DNA of 64,000 nucleotides, from positions 42,773 through 106,772 of the IMG/VR virus record IMGVR_UViG_3300048503_000032; one strand, written 5' to 3'. A program made the position numbers and the translations under genes. This stretch comes from a virus. Lineage: Duplodnaviria > Caudoviricetes. Numbering within the stretch: the stretch's first letter is position 1; each line of letters begins with the position of its first letter. The notes under the pieces were generated by a model, which ran no database searches, was not told the DNA's origin, and saw only the letters and a program-made list of their open reading frames with translations. Below are positions 8,142 through 17,856 of the stretch, in pieces.

Positions 8142-11100
8142 ATGTTCAGGATACTGCGCAGCTGGCATACGGCATTCAAAGCTCGGATGATTCGATACTT
8201 TCGCACCCGCGAGGTGGTGAAGGTATTCAGTGTCATGCATGCAGAAGAGTTGCGTCTGACACCGATTGAGAACTGGCCTTTGGTCAAGGCTCGGCAAAAT
8301 CAAGAAATCAGGATGTTGAGAGCAGGACAGAATCTTATCGTAGACAGGAAGTCGTGGGCGTTCCCTTACCTCCCGTCATGTTTAGACGACCAGACTGAAA
8401 TTCTTACCAAGCGGGGGTTTATCCCGGTTACAGCGATGAAGCGTAGCGATATGTTCGCTACGCGGCATCCTGTGTCTCATCGGTTTGAGTGGCAGCGGGC
8501 TGGGCGGATTGTTCGGTCTAGGTACAAAGGTGAGATGGTGGAGATGCTGGGGCAGCAGCTCGACGTTCTGGTGACTCCGAATCATCGAGTTGTTAATATC
8601 CAGAAGACTGAGGGCATTGATCGTTTATTGTGTTCGTCATCTGAGCAGATTGACTTAGCAGGCGACCTGTCTACGACCAACCGACGCAGTATTTATGCTT
8701 TGCCTCTTACGGCCAAGCCGGATAAGTCGTATAGTATGGTTCCGCAGTCGGTCGTCTTGACGCCAATCAAGAGGAATATACAAGACCGTAATTCGCTGGA
8801 GCTTGATATTCCATTCGAGGTTTGGGTACAGTTTCTTGCTCTGTATCTAGCAGAGGGATGTTGTGACGGAACGACGGAAGGGATCGAGTTTGGTACTGGT
8901 GTTTCGTTTGAAGGGTATGAGGAGAAGTGGAATAAATTGCTTGCGGACTTTGAGGCAGATCCGTTCGAGGTAGCGGAGCGGCGGCGGAATAACAAGTATC
9001 GGGTGCGGATTGCGTGCGCAGAGGGGTCGGAGATTCGCAAGGACGTAGCGGAGCTGCTTGCACAGATGCCGAATACTTGGACGCCGAATAAGTTCGGGTT
9101 TGACTGCGGATGCAAGGCTTTGTGGATGGCGTTGTTTCCTTTTGGGCATTGCTGGACGAAGTACGTTCCGGACGATGTTAAGAATCTTCCGGTCGAGCAC
9201 CTGGGGGCGTTTCTTGATTGGTTAATGAAGACGGATGGATATTCAGCGCATGGCGATGATTATCATCAAGAGTATGGGACGACGAGCAGAAGGTTCGCCG
9301 AGGACGTACAGGAGATTTTACTCAGGCTCGGGTATCAGGTAGGTGTTCGTACAAAACTGATGGATTGCGGCTCGACATTCTACAGAATATCGTTTAGTCG
9401 TGAGCAGTATTGTAACGTGAGGTCTATCCGTCGTGTGGACTATGATGGGTATGTTTACTGTCCGTCAGTTCCCAATGGGATTATTTGTGTGCGCCGGAAC
9501 GGGAAGATTCATTGGACTGGTAACAGCGTTCAGCGGCTTTCTATGCCAGTTTCCAAGTCGACGCCATTTAACCTGAGACGTTTCTCACGGACTCCGGTTG
9601 CGCGTAGGGCCATCAACCTCATCAAGAATTCAGTGACTGCTCAGGCCTGGGATGTACGTCCGATCGATGGGATTCCAGTAGACGATCCTGACGAGCAGGC
9701 ACAGCGTATCAAGATCGCCAAGGCGATCTTTAACCACCCCAACAATACCGAAAGTCATCAGTCCGAGCTGGAGATGGAGATCGAGGATCTCTGCATCATG
9801 GGAGCGTCGGCTACGGAGCTGCGCTTGACGCTTGACCCGAAGCGTCCGCTCAAGATGTGGCCAATGGACGCATCGACTGTTAGAATATTTGTCAGTTGGT
9901 CGGAGTCTACGCCCGACTTGCCGCACTACGCACAGATGACAGGCTTGCAGGGAGAGCGCGGAGCGATCTTGTTTTACGACGACGAGATCATGTACATCAA
10001 GGACAATCCGGCGACGGATAATCCGTTTGGTTTGGGCAAGCTCGAGACAGCATTCCAGGTTGTGAATGATTTGCTTGGCGTGCAGCGTATGTCAGGTATG
10101 GCAGGATCTGATCAGACTAGAAAAAACTGGCTGTGGTGGGAGCAGCCTCAGACTGACGAGGCATTTCAGATCGTGCGTCGTCATATTCAGAATGAACTTG
10201 AAGGACAGGCGAAGGTATCGCTCATCGGGGGTATGAAGAAGCCCGATGTGCTGGAGATCACGCCGGTCACTATCGATGACTTGCTACTGCCCTGGCACGA
10301 GATGTTGATTCGCATGATTGCGAATGCGTTTGATATGTCGGCGATGGCTCTGGGCATCGAGCACGACGTGAATCGCGCAGTGGGAGATGTACTCAAGGAT
10401 TCCGACTTCCGCTCGGCTGTGGTGCCGATGGCGAAGAGGATTCAGGAAGCGCGCACCAGAAAGATTCTGCACAATAAGCTGGGCTGGTACGACCTTGAGT
10501 ATGTGTTCCTGAGCTTGGATGATCCGGACTTGGAAACCAAGACGGATATGAACGCGCGCATGTACTCGGCGAATGCGCTGACTCCGAATGAATGGCGGCT
10601 GAGCGTTGGCAAGCAGCCGTTGAAGTCTTCGTTCGCAGACTTGACACAGTTCGAGGCCATGATGCTGAATCAGGAGTTGATGGCTCAGTTGACGGATCAG
10701 TCGGCGCAGAAGACTTTCGACCGTCAGCAGTCGGCGCAGCAGTCGGCCCCGGCTGGCGGAGCAGGAGGAGAAGGCCCGAAGCCTCCGTCGCAGGGATCGA
10801 TCTCACGCGGTGGACAGATTGAATCGCCGAAGCCTATGGCGCTGCCGAAGTTCCCGATTGCTGGCACCAAGTGGAATGCTCGGGAGATTGCACAGATGCC
10901 GGTTAACGATTTGGCGCAGCGTATCGACGGTGGAGAGTTGCCGCATCCGAAGAAGCTGTTGATCGACATGCAGAATCAAGATCCGAATATCCTTGAGCAG
11001 ATGTCGGATCAGGTGAAGGACTACTTCAAGCATGTACTGGACGACGAGGCATCGGAAGATCAGGACGAAGAGATCCCGCAGAAGACGCTCGATCAGATGA

Positions 11101-11282
11101 TGAAGGAATTGCGCAAGCGGACAAGCAAGCAGAATAATCGCTCGGACGATATGACGCAGTATCTTCAGGACGTCAATCAGCGGTGGAAGATGGCGACGCC
11201 CGGAAAGCCTGGAGCAAAGACGTATCGGGCAGTGAAGAATCCCGGTAAGCCGGGAACACCGCCAGCGGCAAGATCGCTGTAG
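8142..11282 (+). CDS. Portal protein with intein and C-terminal extension
   Basis: PVARRAINLIKNSV, LKMWPMDASTVR, NPFGLGKLE, IANAF, LTPNEWR portal motifs; lies before protease and capsid. Confidence 0.9.
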   Translation: MFRILRSWHTAFKARMIRYFRTREVVKVFSVMHAEELRLTPIENWPLVKARQNQEIRMLRAGQNLIVDRKSWAFPYLPSCLDDQTEILTKRGFIPVTAMKRSDMFATRHPVSHRFEWQRAGRIVRSRYKGEMVEMLGQQLDVLVTPNHRVVNIQKTEGIDRLLCSSSEQIDLAGDLSTTNRRSIYALPLTAKPDKSYSMVPQSVVLTPIKRNIQDRNSLELDIPFEVWVQFLALYLAEGCCDGTTEGIEFGTGVSFEGYEEKWNKLLADFEADPFEVAERRRNNKYRVRIACAEGSEIRKDVAELLAQMPNTWTPNKFGFDCGCKALWMALFPFGHCWTKYVPDDVKNLPVEHLGAFLDWLMKTDGYSAHGDDYHQEYGTTSRRFAEDVQEILLRLGYQVGVRTKLMDCGSTFYRISFSREQYCNVRSIRRVDYDGYVYCPSVPNGIICVRRNGKIHWTGNSVQRLSMPVSKSTPFNLRRFSRTPVARRAINLIKNSVTAQAWDVRPIDGIPVDDPDEQAQRIKIAKAIFNHPNNTESHQSELEMEIEDLCIMGASATELRLTLDPKRPLKMWPMDASTVRIFVSWSESTPDLPHYAQMTGLQGERGAILFYDDEIMYIKDNPATDNPFGLGKLETAFQVVNDLLGVQRMSGMAGSDQTRKNWLWWEQPQTDEAFQIVRRHIQNELEGQAKVSLIGGMKKPDVLEITPVTIDDLLLPWHEMLIRMIANAFDMSAMALGIEHDVNRAVGDVLKDSDFRSAVVPMAKRIQEARTRKILHNKLGWYDLEYVFLSLDDPDLETKTDMNARMYSANALTPNEWRLSVGKQPLKSSFADLTQFEAMMLNQELMAQLTDQSAQKTFDRQQSAQQSAPAGGAGGEGPKPPSQGSISRGGQIESPKPMALPKFPIAGTKWNAREIAQMPVNDLAQRIDGGELPHPKKLLIDMQNQDPNILEQMSDQVKDYFKHVLDDEASEDQDEEIPQKTLDQMMKELRKRTSKQNNRSDDMTQYLQDVNQRWKMATPGKPGAKTYRAVKNPGKPGTPPAARSL
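8379..9524 (+). mobile_element. LAGLIDADG intein (382 aa) in portal
   Basis: S|CLDDQTEILTKRGF, VTPNH block B, LYLAEG and LMKTDG endonuclease blocks, VYCPSVP...WTGN|S. Confidence 0.95.
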
Positions 11283-11294
11283 ATTTATTTAGTC

Positions 11295-11335
11295 GGTAGT
11301 TCGCTGTTGGAGAGATGCGGGGCAGAGGGCATTCT
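11295..11335 (+). promoter_or_regulatory. Late-type promoter motif, copy 2
   Basis: GGTAGTTCGCTGTTG...GGG-CATTCT; ATG 6 nt downstream. Confidence 0.8.
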
Positions 11336-11341
11336 TACGAC

Positions 11342-12805
11342 ATGAATTACGGACTTCATCTATCCGGTGTGCAGATCGAGAGTTTGGAAGCTGACTCTCA
11401 GCATCCGAATAAGATGAAGTTCAGAGGTGTGATTTGCAGGTTGGATGAGGCCAGTTCTAAGCCGCCGAACGGCGCGCAGGGGCATCGTATCTTCGTTCCG
11501 ACTGAAGTAGCCAAGCGTAGGCTGAAGACTTTGATCGGTATGGGCTTGAACTATGCGCCGGATCTTGACAGTCATTCGCAGCGGCGCAAGGTTGGGGTGA
11601 TCAATAAGGCCTGGATCGACGGTAAGGATTTACGAGTAGAAGGACACGTATGGAAGCATGACTTCCCCGAAGCTGAGAAGGATCTGAAGCAGGCGGGGTT
11701 GGGCATGAGCATGGAGCTGGGCGATGTTCGCGTAGACGATCCGAAGGCGGATGTCTGGACATTGGATGATTTCCAGTTCCTGGGGGCGACGATATTGTGG
11801 CGGGACAGTGCTGCATATAACAGAACGCAAGCAATAGCGGCGAGAGCCGAGCAAAGGGGAGGAAGCATGTCAATCACGAAGACAAAGAGGACACCGGCTC
11901 GTACCTCGCATGGCACCGATCGCTTGGTACAGATCGCCGCGGAAGCTGCTGCTGGGGCCGTCAAAAAGTCCAGCCGCCAGATTCTCGAAGTTCTCAAGAC
12001 GCAAACAGACACCCTGGGCGAGATCACTGCCCAGAATGAGGAGTTGGAGTCGCGTATTGCGGCGCTGGAGAGCGGTCACGTTGACGCGGCCGGCGACGCG
12101 GCGAGTTCCAGTTCCAGCAGTTCCAGCGATGGTGAGGTCGGCGCGAAGGCGGCTACATCGTCCAGTTCCAGTTCGGCCAGTTCCAGCGCCAGCAGCGATG
12201 AGGACGACATGGAGACTCGCGGCAAGGTGAAGGCCAAGGCCGCGCCAGCGTCCAGTTCGTCTTCGAGCAGCGAGGATGTCGATGCGGATGTCGACACTGG
12301 CGACTTGGAAGAGATCGAGAAGGCCAAGGGCAACACTGGCCACGCCAACGAGGACGCGGAGAATCGCGGAGACGACGGCGCTGGCGAGCTTGCCAAGAAG
12401 GTAGGCCCGACGGTCGCTGCCCAGCAGATTAAGGCGTTGCGCAAGAAGTTACATGCCGAGCGCGACAAGACTGCGAAGCTGCGCACATCCAACGAGCAGC
12501 TTCAGGCATCGGTCGCCAAGCTGACCAAGAAGATCGACAAGGTGTCCAAGCAGGTGACCGCGGCCAGCGAGAGTCTGGGTCGCCGTTCGGTTTCGCCGGA
12601 GATCTCTGCGATGCTGGCGAAGAGCAACATTAGCGCGTCGGACATGTACGCGGCTGGCACCAAGCTGTCGGTTGAGGAAGTGGACGGCGTCATCAAGGCC
12701 AGCGGATTGAGCCTCAGCCCGCAGGACAGCATGGCCATGAAGAACGGCTTCCTGAAGGCCGGATTGATGGAAGATGGACGGGTAGAGCGCGGTAGCAACC
12801 GCTAA
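11342..12805 (+). CDS. Prohead protease-scaffold fusion
   Basis: N-terminal globular domain (H...KVGVI, GMSME) then Ser/acidic linker and coiled coil; between portal and capsid. Confidence 0.8.
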   Translation: MNYGLHLSGVQIESLEADSQHPNKMKFRGVICRLDEASSKPPNGAQGHRIFVPTEVAKRRLKTLIGMGLNYAPDLDSHSQRRKVGVINKAWIDGKDLRVEGHVWKHDFPEAEKDLKQAGLGMSMELGDVRVDDPKADVWTLDDFQFLGATILWRDSAAYNRTQAIAARAEQRGGSMSITKTKRTPARTSHGTDRLVQIAAEAAAGAVKKSSRQILEVLKTQTDTLGEITAQNEELESRIAALESGHVDAAGDAASSSSSSSSDGEVGAKAATSSSSSSASSSASSDEDDMETRGKVKAKAAPASSSSSSSEDVDADVDTGDLEEIEKAKGNTGHANEDAENRGDDGAGELAKKVGPTVAAQQIKALRKKLHAERDKTAKLRTSNEQLQASVAKLTKKIDKVSKQVTAASESLGRRSVSPEISAMLAKSNISASDMYAAGTKLSVEEVDGVIKASGLSLSPQDSMAMKNGFLKAGLMEDGRVERGSNR

Positions 12806-12841
12806 TAACGGCGGCATCAACTTGAAGGGAGTACTACAAAA

Positions 12842-13900
12842 ATGAGAGGCCATGCAACATTCGTTGATCCGTCGTTAGATCAGGTCTTGTCTCAGATCGG
12901 TATGGCTGGCCGCGGAGCCGGTCGTCCGGCAGGAGGCACCATCTCGGCTGCGGCGGACTACTTGGCTCCCGGTGCTATCGAGATCAACCGATACGCGACC
13001 GAGATCGTGGATATGGTGCGCAGGCGCTTCGTGCTTGGCCAGCGCATCAATCAGACGCTGGCCACAGGCCAGCCTCACCGCTACTTCGAGCAGCTGGCCA
13101 TTCCGACGGCCACCGCGACCAACCCTCGCGCTCTGGTAGCGACCGCAACACAGCCGGTTCGTCAGGAGCGCGTGGTGGCGTTGAAGGCCATCGTCGCTCA
13201 GATCAACTACGGTTTGTTCGACGTGGAGATCAACCAGCAGCAGGGGCAGTTCGCATATCTGGAGGCCAAGGATCTCACCGACACCGTCGATGGCGTTCTG
13301 AAGCTGCATGACCAGAATCTGTGGAACGGCACCGACACCGACCTGTTCTTGCAGACCAGCACGCAGTACTTCGGCATCTCTGGTCAGATCTTGCAGGGCA
13401 ACGCTTCACTGGCGGGTCTGGGCATCGCGAGCATCGCAGCCACCGGCTCGTTGGTTGACGGCTACAAGCTGGCAGTGGCGAACATGGCCAATCGGCAGGA
13501 CTTCGAGGTCAGGCCGACGGCGATCTACGGCAACCCGACGCTGTGCAACCTGTTCGACCAGGAAGTGTACGACGCTGGTCGGCAGCTGTTCTACAACCAG
13601 GTCGAGGTTCTGCCTGGTGTGGTGGTCAACGGCATCCCCACTCAGGTGGGCATCCTGCCGCTGGTCAGCGATCCGGCGATCAACAACGTCGCGGCCGCTG
13701 GTGGACTGACTCAGTACACGGGCTTCATCCTGTCGGACGTGGACATGATCAAGTACGCGTATCTGACCGATCCGCTGCCTCGGGTTTTCCAGCTTGGATT
13801 GCTTGGGAGCCTCGCCAGTCAATATGTCGTGGTGAAGTTTGGCGCGCCTTATGTGGAGGGCAATTTTTACGCGCACCAAGCAATTACGGCCATCCGCTGA
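12842..13900 (+). CDS. Major capsid protein
   Basis: 352 aa, position after scaffold, strong codon bias, LWNG and YVVVKFGA HK97-like features, followed by terminator. Confidence 0.85.
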   Translation: MRGHATFVDPSLDQVLSQIGMAGRGAGRPAGGTISAAADYLAPGAIEINRYATEIVDMVRRRFVLGQRINQTLATGQPHRYFEQLAIPTATATNPRALVATATQPVRQERVVALKAIVAQINYGLFDVEINQQQGQFAYLEAKDLTDTVDGVLKLHDQNLWNGTDTDLFLQTSTQYFGISGQILQGNASLAGLGIASIAATGSLVDGYKLAVANMANRQDFEVRPTAIYGNPTLCNLFDQEVYDAGRQLFYNQVEVLPGVVVNGIPTQVGILPLVSDPAINNVAAAGGLTQYTGFILSDVDMIKYAYLTDPLPRVFQLGLLGSLASQYVVVKFGAPYVEGNFYAHQAITAIR

Positions 13901-13923
13901 CGAGACGTAGACAGGTAACAGAT

Positions 13924-13958
13924 GAGGCTCCAGAGTAAAATCTGGAGCCTCTTTTCTT
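13924..13958 (+). terminator. Intrinsic terminator after capsid gene
   Basis: GAGGCTCCAGA-gtaaaa-TCTGGAGCCTC-TTTTCTT. Confidence 0.9.
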
Positions 13959-14059
13959 GTATAATGGACACATGAGCTTGAGGCCCAAAGGCGCCAAGAT
14001 CAAAGCGGGATTGATTGATCGGACGTCTAAATGACTGATTAGACGTGACAAATTAGCCA

Positions 14060-14098
14060 AAATAAAGACTTGACACGTTCTGCGTATAGTGGCATCAT
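14060..14098 (+). promoter_or_regulatory. Early-type promoter, copy 2
   Basis: AAATAAAGACTTGACACGTT, 17-nt spacer, CATCAT. Confidence 0.8.
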
Positions 14099-14124
14099 TA
14101 GGACGTGGTACAGGAGAACGGCAT

Positions 14125-14475
14125 ATGCAAATCACGCGGGACATGGTCAAGGCGGCGGTCAAGCAGAGTATGATCTTTCCGTCGGAGCACTTCGGTCTGC
14201 GCGTCGGCGAGAACTGGCCTGAGTTTGTGACGGAGGTTCTGAGGTCGGAGACGGTGCAGGCTGCATTGCTGAGCGATTTCACGCTGGCTCAGATGGTAGC
14301 AATGCAGATGGTTACGAAGACGGACGGTAAGGTGCAGCCGTTGGATGTCGCCAAGAATCAGCAGTTCGCTGAGGCGTTCCTGCGCTGGCTCTATATCGGT
14401 GTCGAGATCGGCAAGCAGGTTGCAGAGGCTGAAAAGCTGGAGGCAATGTTTGGCGGCGATCAGGTTGCGCAGTAG
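14125..14475 (+). CDS. Hypothetical protein
   Basis: CAGGAG RBS in the same leader context as gene 693. Confidence 0.75.
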   Translation: MQITRDMVKAAVKQSMIFPSEHFGLRVGENWPEFVTEVLRSETVQAALLSDFTLAQMVAMQMVTKTDGKVQPLDVAKNQQFAEAFLRWLYIGVEIGKQVAEAEKLEAMFGGDQVAQ

Positions 14476-14657
14476 CTGTAAAAATATGTTTCGGAGGATA
14501 TCCATATGTTCGACAAGATCGTTCTCGGTGTTGTGGTAGTCATTCTCGCGGCAACTTTCTTCTTCCCGGCGATTGCTCAGGTGTACGATGAGATGTTCGG
14601 CGACGGTGGGACTGCCGGTGTAGTAACGGATGCACGCGTTTCCCGTGAGGACTGAAG

Positions 14658-14774
14658 ATGACTCCAGAATTAGCAGCACAGTGTAACGGGTTTCTGGCAT
14701 GGTTCATTCCGGCGCTGGCAGTGTTGTGGGTTGCTGGGGTGCGGTTGGTTGTTTGGTTGGAGCGCAAGGATTGA
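14658..14774 (+). CDS. Small membrane protein (38 aa)
   Basis: GAGG RBS; hydrophobic FLAWFIPALAVLWVAGV. Confidence 0.45.
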   Translation: MTPELAAQCNGFLAWFIPALAVLWVAGVRLVVWLERKD

Positions 14775-14811
14775 GTTTGCTGTTGCGCTGGGGTGGCGCA
14801 CAGGGCATTCT
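14774..14811 (+). promoter_or_regulatory. Late-type promoter motif, copy 3
   Basis: AGTTTGCTGTTG...GGG-CATTCT; GTG 6 nt downstream. Confidence 0.75.
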
Positions 14812-14817
14812 AGTAGT

Positions 14818-17800
14818 GTGAACCTCGCTCACCTGTCTACGATCTCTACCAATGCGACGTCGGGCCTCCTGTCGAAGACACAGGGGGCTTTGGCGCGTGC
14901 TATCGAGGCATATTCCGATGATGAGGATAGAGATTCGTCTGGGAAGTGGACGAGCGGGGATGATCGGCGCGCTCAGAGTGTTTTGAAGCCTCAGGTGGAA
15001 TACGAGCAAGTTGTGAAGAACTACATGGAGGATATCCGGCAAGGTAAAGATGTCGGAGCGGTGCTGGTGAGCGATAAGGATCATTCGCATATCGTCGATG
15101 GAAATCATAAGACTGAGGCGTACTTGCGTTTGGGTAAGCAGCCACCTCGCGTGTATGCTGTGGATCGGCTTAAGACACTTATCCAGATGGGACAGGAAAA
15201 TAAAACGGCTGATGAGGTAGCTGACAGTATCGGAGAATGGCTGAAGTCTGAAGACATAAAAGCCTACTCGGAGGATGAGGAGCGCGACGATCACGGCAAG
15301 TGGTCATCGGGCGGCAGTCTGAAGCCTGCGGAGGAAGATCGCACTCAGTGGCCGCAGCACATTCAGGATCTGAAGGTTCCGCCGGCGTGGAAGGACGTTC
15401 ACTACTCGGACGATCCTAAGGCGGCTCTGCTGGCGACTGGCAAGGATGCCAAGGGCCGTGATCAGCGGGTGTACTCGAAAGAGTTTCAGGACTCACAGGC
15501 GGGGCTGAAGTTCGAGCGGGTGGAAGAGCTGGGGAAGCAGATGGGATTGATCGACCAGCAGTTGATTGCCGATCGCAAGAGTGACGATGATAAAACCAAA
15601 GAGCATGCGGATGCGGCTCTGCTGGTGCGCACGATGGGAGTTCGTCCTGGCAGCGAGACGGATACCAAGGCCAAGGTACAGGCTTACGGGGCGACCACGC
15701 TCGAGGGCCGTCATGTGCGCGTTAGCACGACGGGCAATGTCAGATTGAACTTCACCGGCAAGAAGGGCGTAGGCATCAATCTGCCGGTCGAAGACAAACA
15801 GGTCGCTGCGATGCTGGTATCGAGAAAGGCCGACGCTGGCAACAGCGGACAGATATTCCCGCATGTGTCGAACAGCAGTCTGCTCGACTATGTCCACGAC
15901 AACCTGGATCATGGCGGTTTCAAGAGCAAGGACTTCAGGACGTATCTCGGCACATCGACGGCTCAGGGTCTGGTGTCATCGATGAAGGAGCCTGCTACGC
16001 CCAAGGATTATGTGAAGGCTGTTCGGTCTGTGGCGTCGGCTGTAGCGGAGAAGCTCGGGAATACTCCCGCGGTAGCGTTGTCATCCTACATAGCTCCACA
16101 GGTTTTCAGCGGATGGAAGATGCATGCTGGTGTGACAGCAGAGGCTATGGAGTTGCCTCAGGTCTACTACGGTGAGGTGTCGGATAATCAGCGCGACTTC
16201 AGGGATGTGGCTGGGCTGTTTGATAGCAGTGATACGGATGATGGCGACGACAGCGATGGCAGTGTGGAGAAGATGCTCGGTTTCGATCCTGCGAAGATGG
16301 GGATTGCAGCATCAGTTTTACGACGGTCTACTGCGAGGGAACGTACGCAGAAGAAGGCGCTGTTCGTTAAGCGTGAATGTGCGACGTTGCTGGCGGAGTT
16401 CGATGAGGAGCAGCATCCACGCGATGAGCATGGAAAGTTTACGGATGGTGGAGGCGAGACCACTACCGATCGCACCAGTTGGCACTTCGATGACTTCCAT
16501 CCAGAGGATAAAATCAACGGTATACCTCTGGCGCATATGTCGCATCCGGACTTCGAGAAATATACGAATCCTGACTTGAAGGAGACACCGCTGAAGGTCG
16601 GGCCTGGTCAGCATGCCGCGGCCGGCGTGATCATGATCGAGCCTGGGAACAAGGTGTGGATTGTCACGCCGGATAAATACTTCGGCGGGTACCGCAACAC
16701 ATTCCCTAAGGGCACACAGGAGTCTGGGGAGGCTTTGCAGACTACGGCGGTGAGGGAGACTTATGAGGAGTCGGGACTGGTGGGAAAGATTACAGGCGTG
16801 CTGGGCGACGTTGATCGCACTACGTCATCTACGCGTTACTATATCGGGGAGCGGGTCGGGGGTTCGCCTGCGATGGCGGGCGAGGAGACCTACGCGGTCA
16901 AGCTCCTAGACCTCAACGATCCGAAGACGGATGAGCGGTTGCAGGATGTAATGGGGAAGACCACCAAGGATGCGGACGTGCTCAGCATGATCAGAGAGCA
17001 TCTCGGCATCGAGCAGCCTGCTCAGCCTGAGGCTCCAGCGACGGGAAAGATGACGGCAGCCGACATCATGGACAAGAAGATCGGCGGATCGCAGGGGTCG
17101 AATGTTGGCGGGTTCTATAAGGGCACGGATGGCGTGGACAGGTATGTGAAGCTGTACAACAATCCGGAGCAGGCGCATGGCGAGGTGCTGGCGAATACTA
17201 TCTATCGGGATCTCAACATCCCGGCCCCACAGTCACAGGTGTTCAGTTTGCCGAACGGCAAGGAAGCATTCGCGTCGGATATAGTTCATGGCGGAAAGAC
17301 GCTAGAGCAGACTGGTGTGACTAAAGAGAATGCTCGGGAGGTGTTGAAGGGCTTCGCCGCGGATGTGCTGACTGCGAACTGGGATACGGTCGGATTGACT
17401 TACGACAACATTCTGCTGAAGGGCGGACAGGCGTATCGTTTGGATAATGGATCGGCATTCCTGTATCGCGCGCAGGGCGGACAGAAGCCAGATGCTCTGC
17501 TTAATAAGGTGACGGAGCTGAAGGGATTTCTTAGTCCTACGGTCAACCGAGAATATGCGAAGATGGCGAAGGTAGCGGGATACACTTCGGCGGATGAGAT
17601 ACCCGGATTTCGTTCTCAGGTGAAAGCGATTGCGGCGCTCGAGAAGGTTGCCGGTGGTTGGGGTAAGTATTTGGATGCGAAAGCACCGTATCTGAGCGCG
17701 AACGAAAGGTCTAAGATAGGGGATATGCTGACCAGTCGAACGGCCGGGTTGAAGGAAGCAGCGGGTGTGAGCGATTCATTGCATGACAAGATTAAGAATC

Positions 17801-17856
17801 TATTTTCAGAGGCGGAAGATTCTGTTCGGCGAGAGGTAGTCGCATGCAGTCGGTAA
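14818..17856 (+). CDS. Polyvalent protein 1: ParB-like + DNA topoisomerase IB + Nudix hydrolase + HipA/PI3K-like kinase
   Basis: IVDGNH; KGRDQRVYS, GVRPG, KDFRTY, TPAVALSSY; Nudix box GTQESGEALQTTAVRETYEESG; RYVK...NWD...DNILL...LDNG. Confidence 0.9.
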   Translation: MNLAHLSTISTNATSGLLSKTQGALARAIEAYSDDEDRDSSGKWTSGDDRRAQSVLKPQVEYEQVVKNYMEDIRQGKDVGAVLVSDKDHSHIVDGNHKTEAYLRLGKQPPRVYAVDRLKTLIQMGQENKTADEVADSIGEWLKSEDIKAYSEDEERDDHGKWSSGGSLKPAEEDRTQWPQHIQDLKVPPAWKDVHYSDDPKAALLATGKDAKGRDQRVYSKEFQDSQAGLKFERVEELGKQMGLIDQQLIADRKSDDDKTKEHADAALLVRTMGVRPGSETDTKAKVQAYGATTLEGRHVRVSTTGNVRLNFTGKKGVGINLPVEDKQVAAMLVSRKADAGNSGQIFPHVSNSSLLDYVHDNLDHGGFKSKDFRTYLGTSTAQGLVSSMKEPATPKDYVKAVRSVASAVAEKLGNTPAVALSSYIAPQVFSGWKMHAGVTAEAMELPQVYYGEVSDNQRDFRDVAGLFDSSDTDDGDDSDGSVEKMLGFDPAKMGIAASVLRRSTARERTQKKALFVKRECATLLAEFDEEQHPRDEHGKFTDGGGETTTDRTSWHFDDFHPEDKINGIPLAHMSHPDFEKYTNPDLKETPLKVGPGQHAAAGVIMIEPGNKVWIVTPDKYFGGYRNTFPKGTQESGEALQTTAVRETYEESGLVGKITGVLGDVDRTTSSTRYYIGERVGGSPAMAGEETYAVKLLDLNDPKTDERLQDVMGKTTKDADVLSMIREHLGIEQPAQPEAPATGKMTAADIMDKKIGGSQGSNVGGFYKGTDGVDRYVKLYNNPEQAHGEVLANTIYRDLNIPAPQSQVFSLPNGKEAFASDIVHGGKTLEQTGVTKENAREVLKGFAADVLTANWDTVGLTYDNILLKGGQAYRLDNGSAFLYRAQGGQKPDALLNKVTELKGFLSPTVNREYAKMAKVAGYTSADEIPGFRSQVKAIAALEKVAGGWGKYLDAKAPYLSANERSKIGDMLTSRTAGLKEAAGVSDSLHDKIKNLFSEAEDSVRREVVACSR

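Noticed and set aside
13960-14034. 20-aa leaderless ORF MSLRPKGAKIKAGLIDRTSK after TATAAT
   Set aside because: Spacing fits the leaderless pattern but it is too short to support without conservation data
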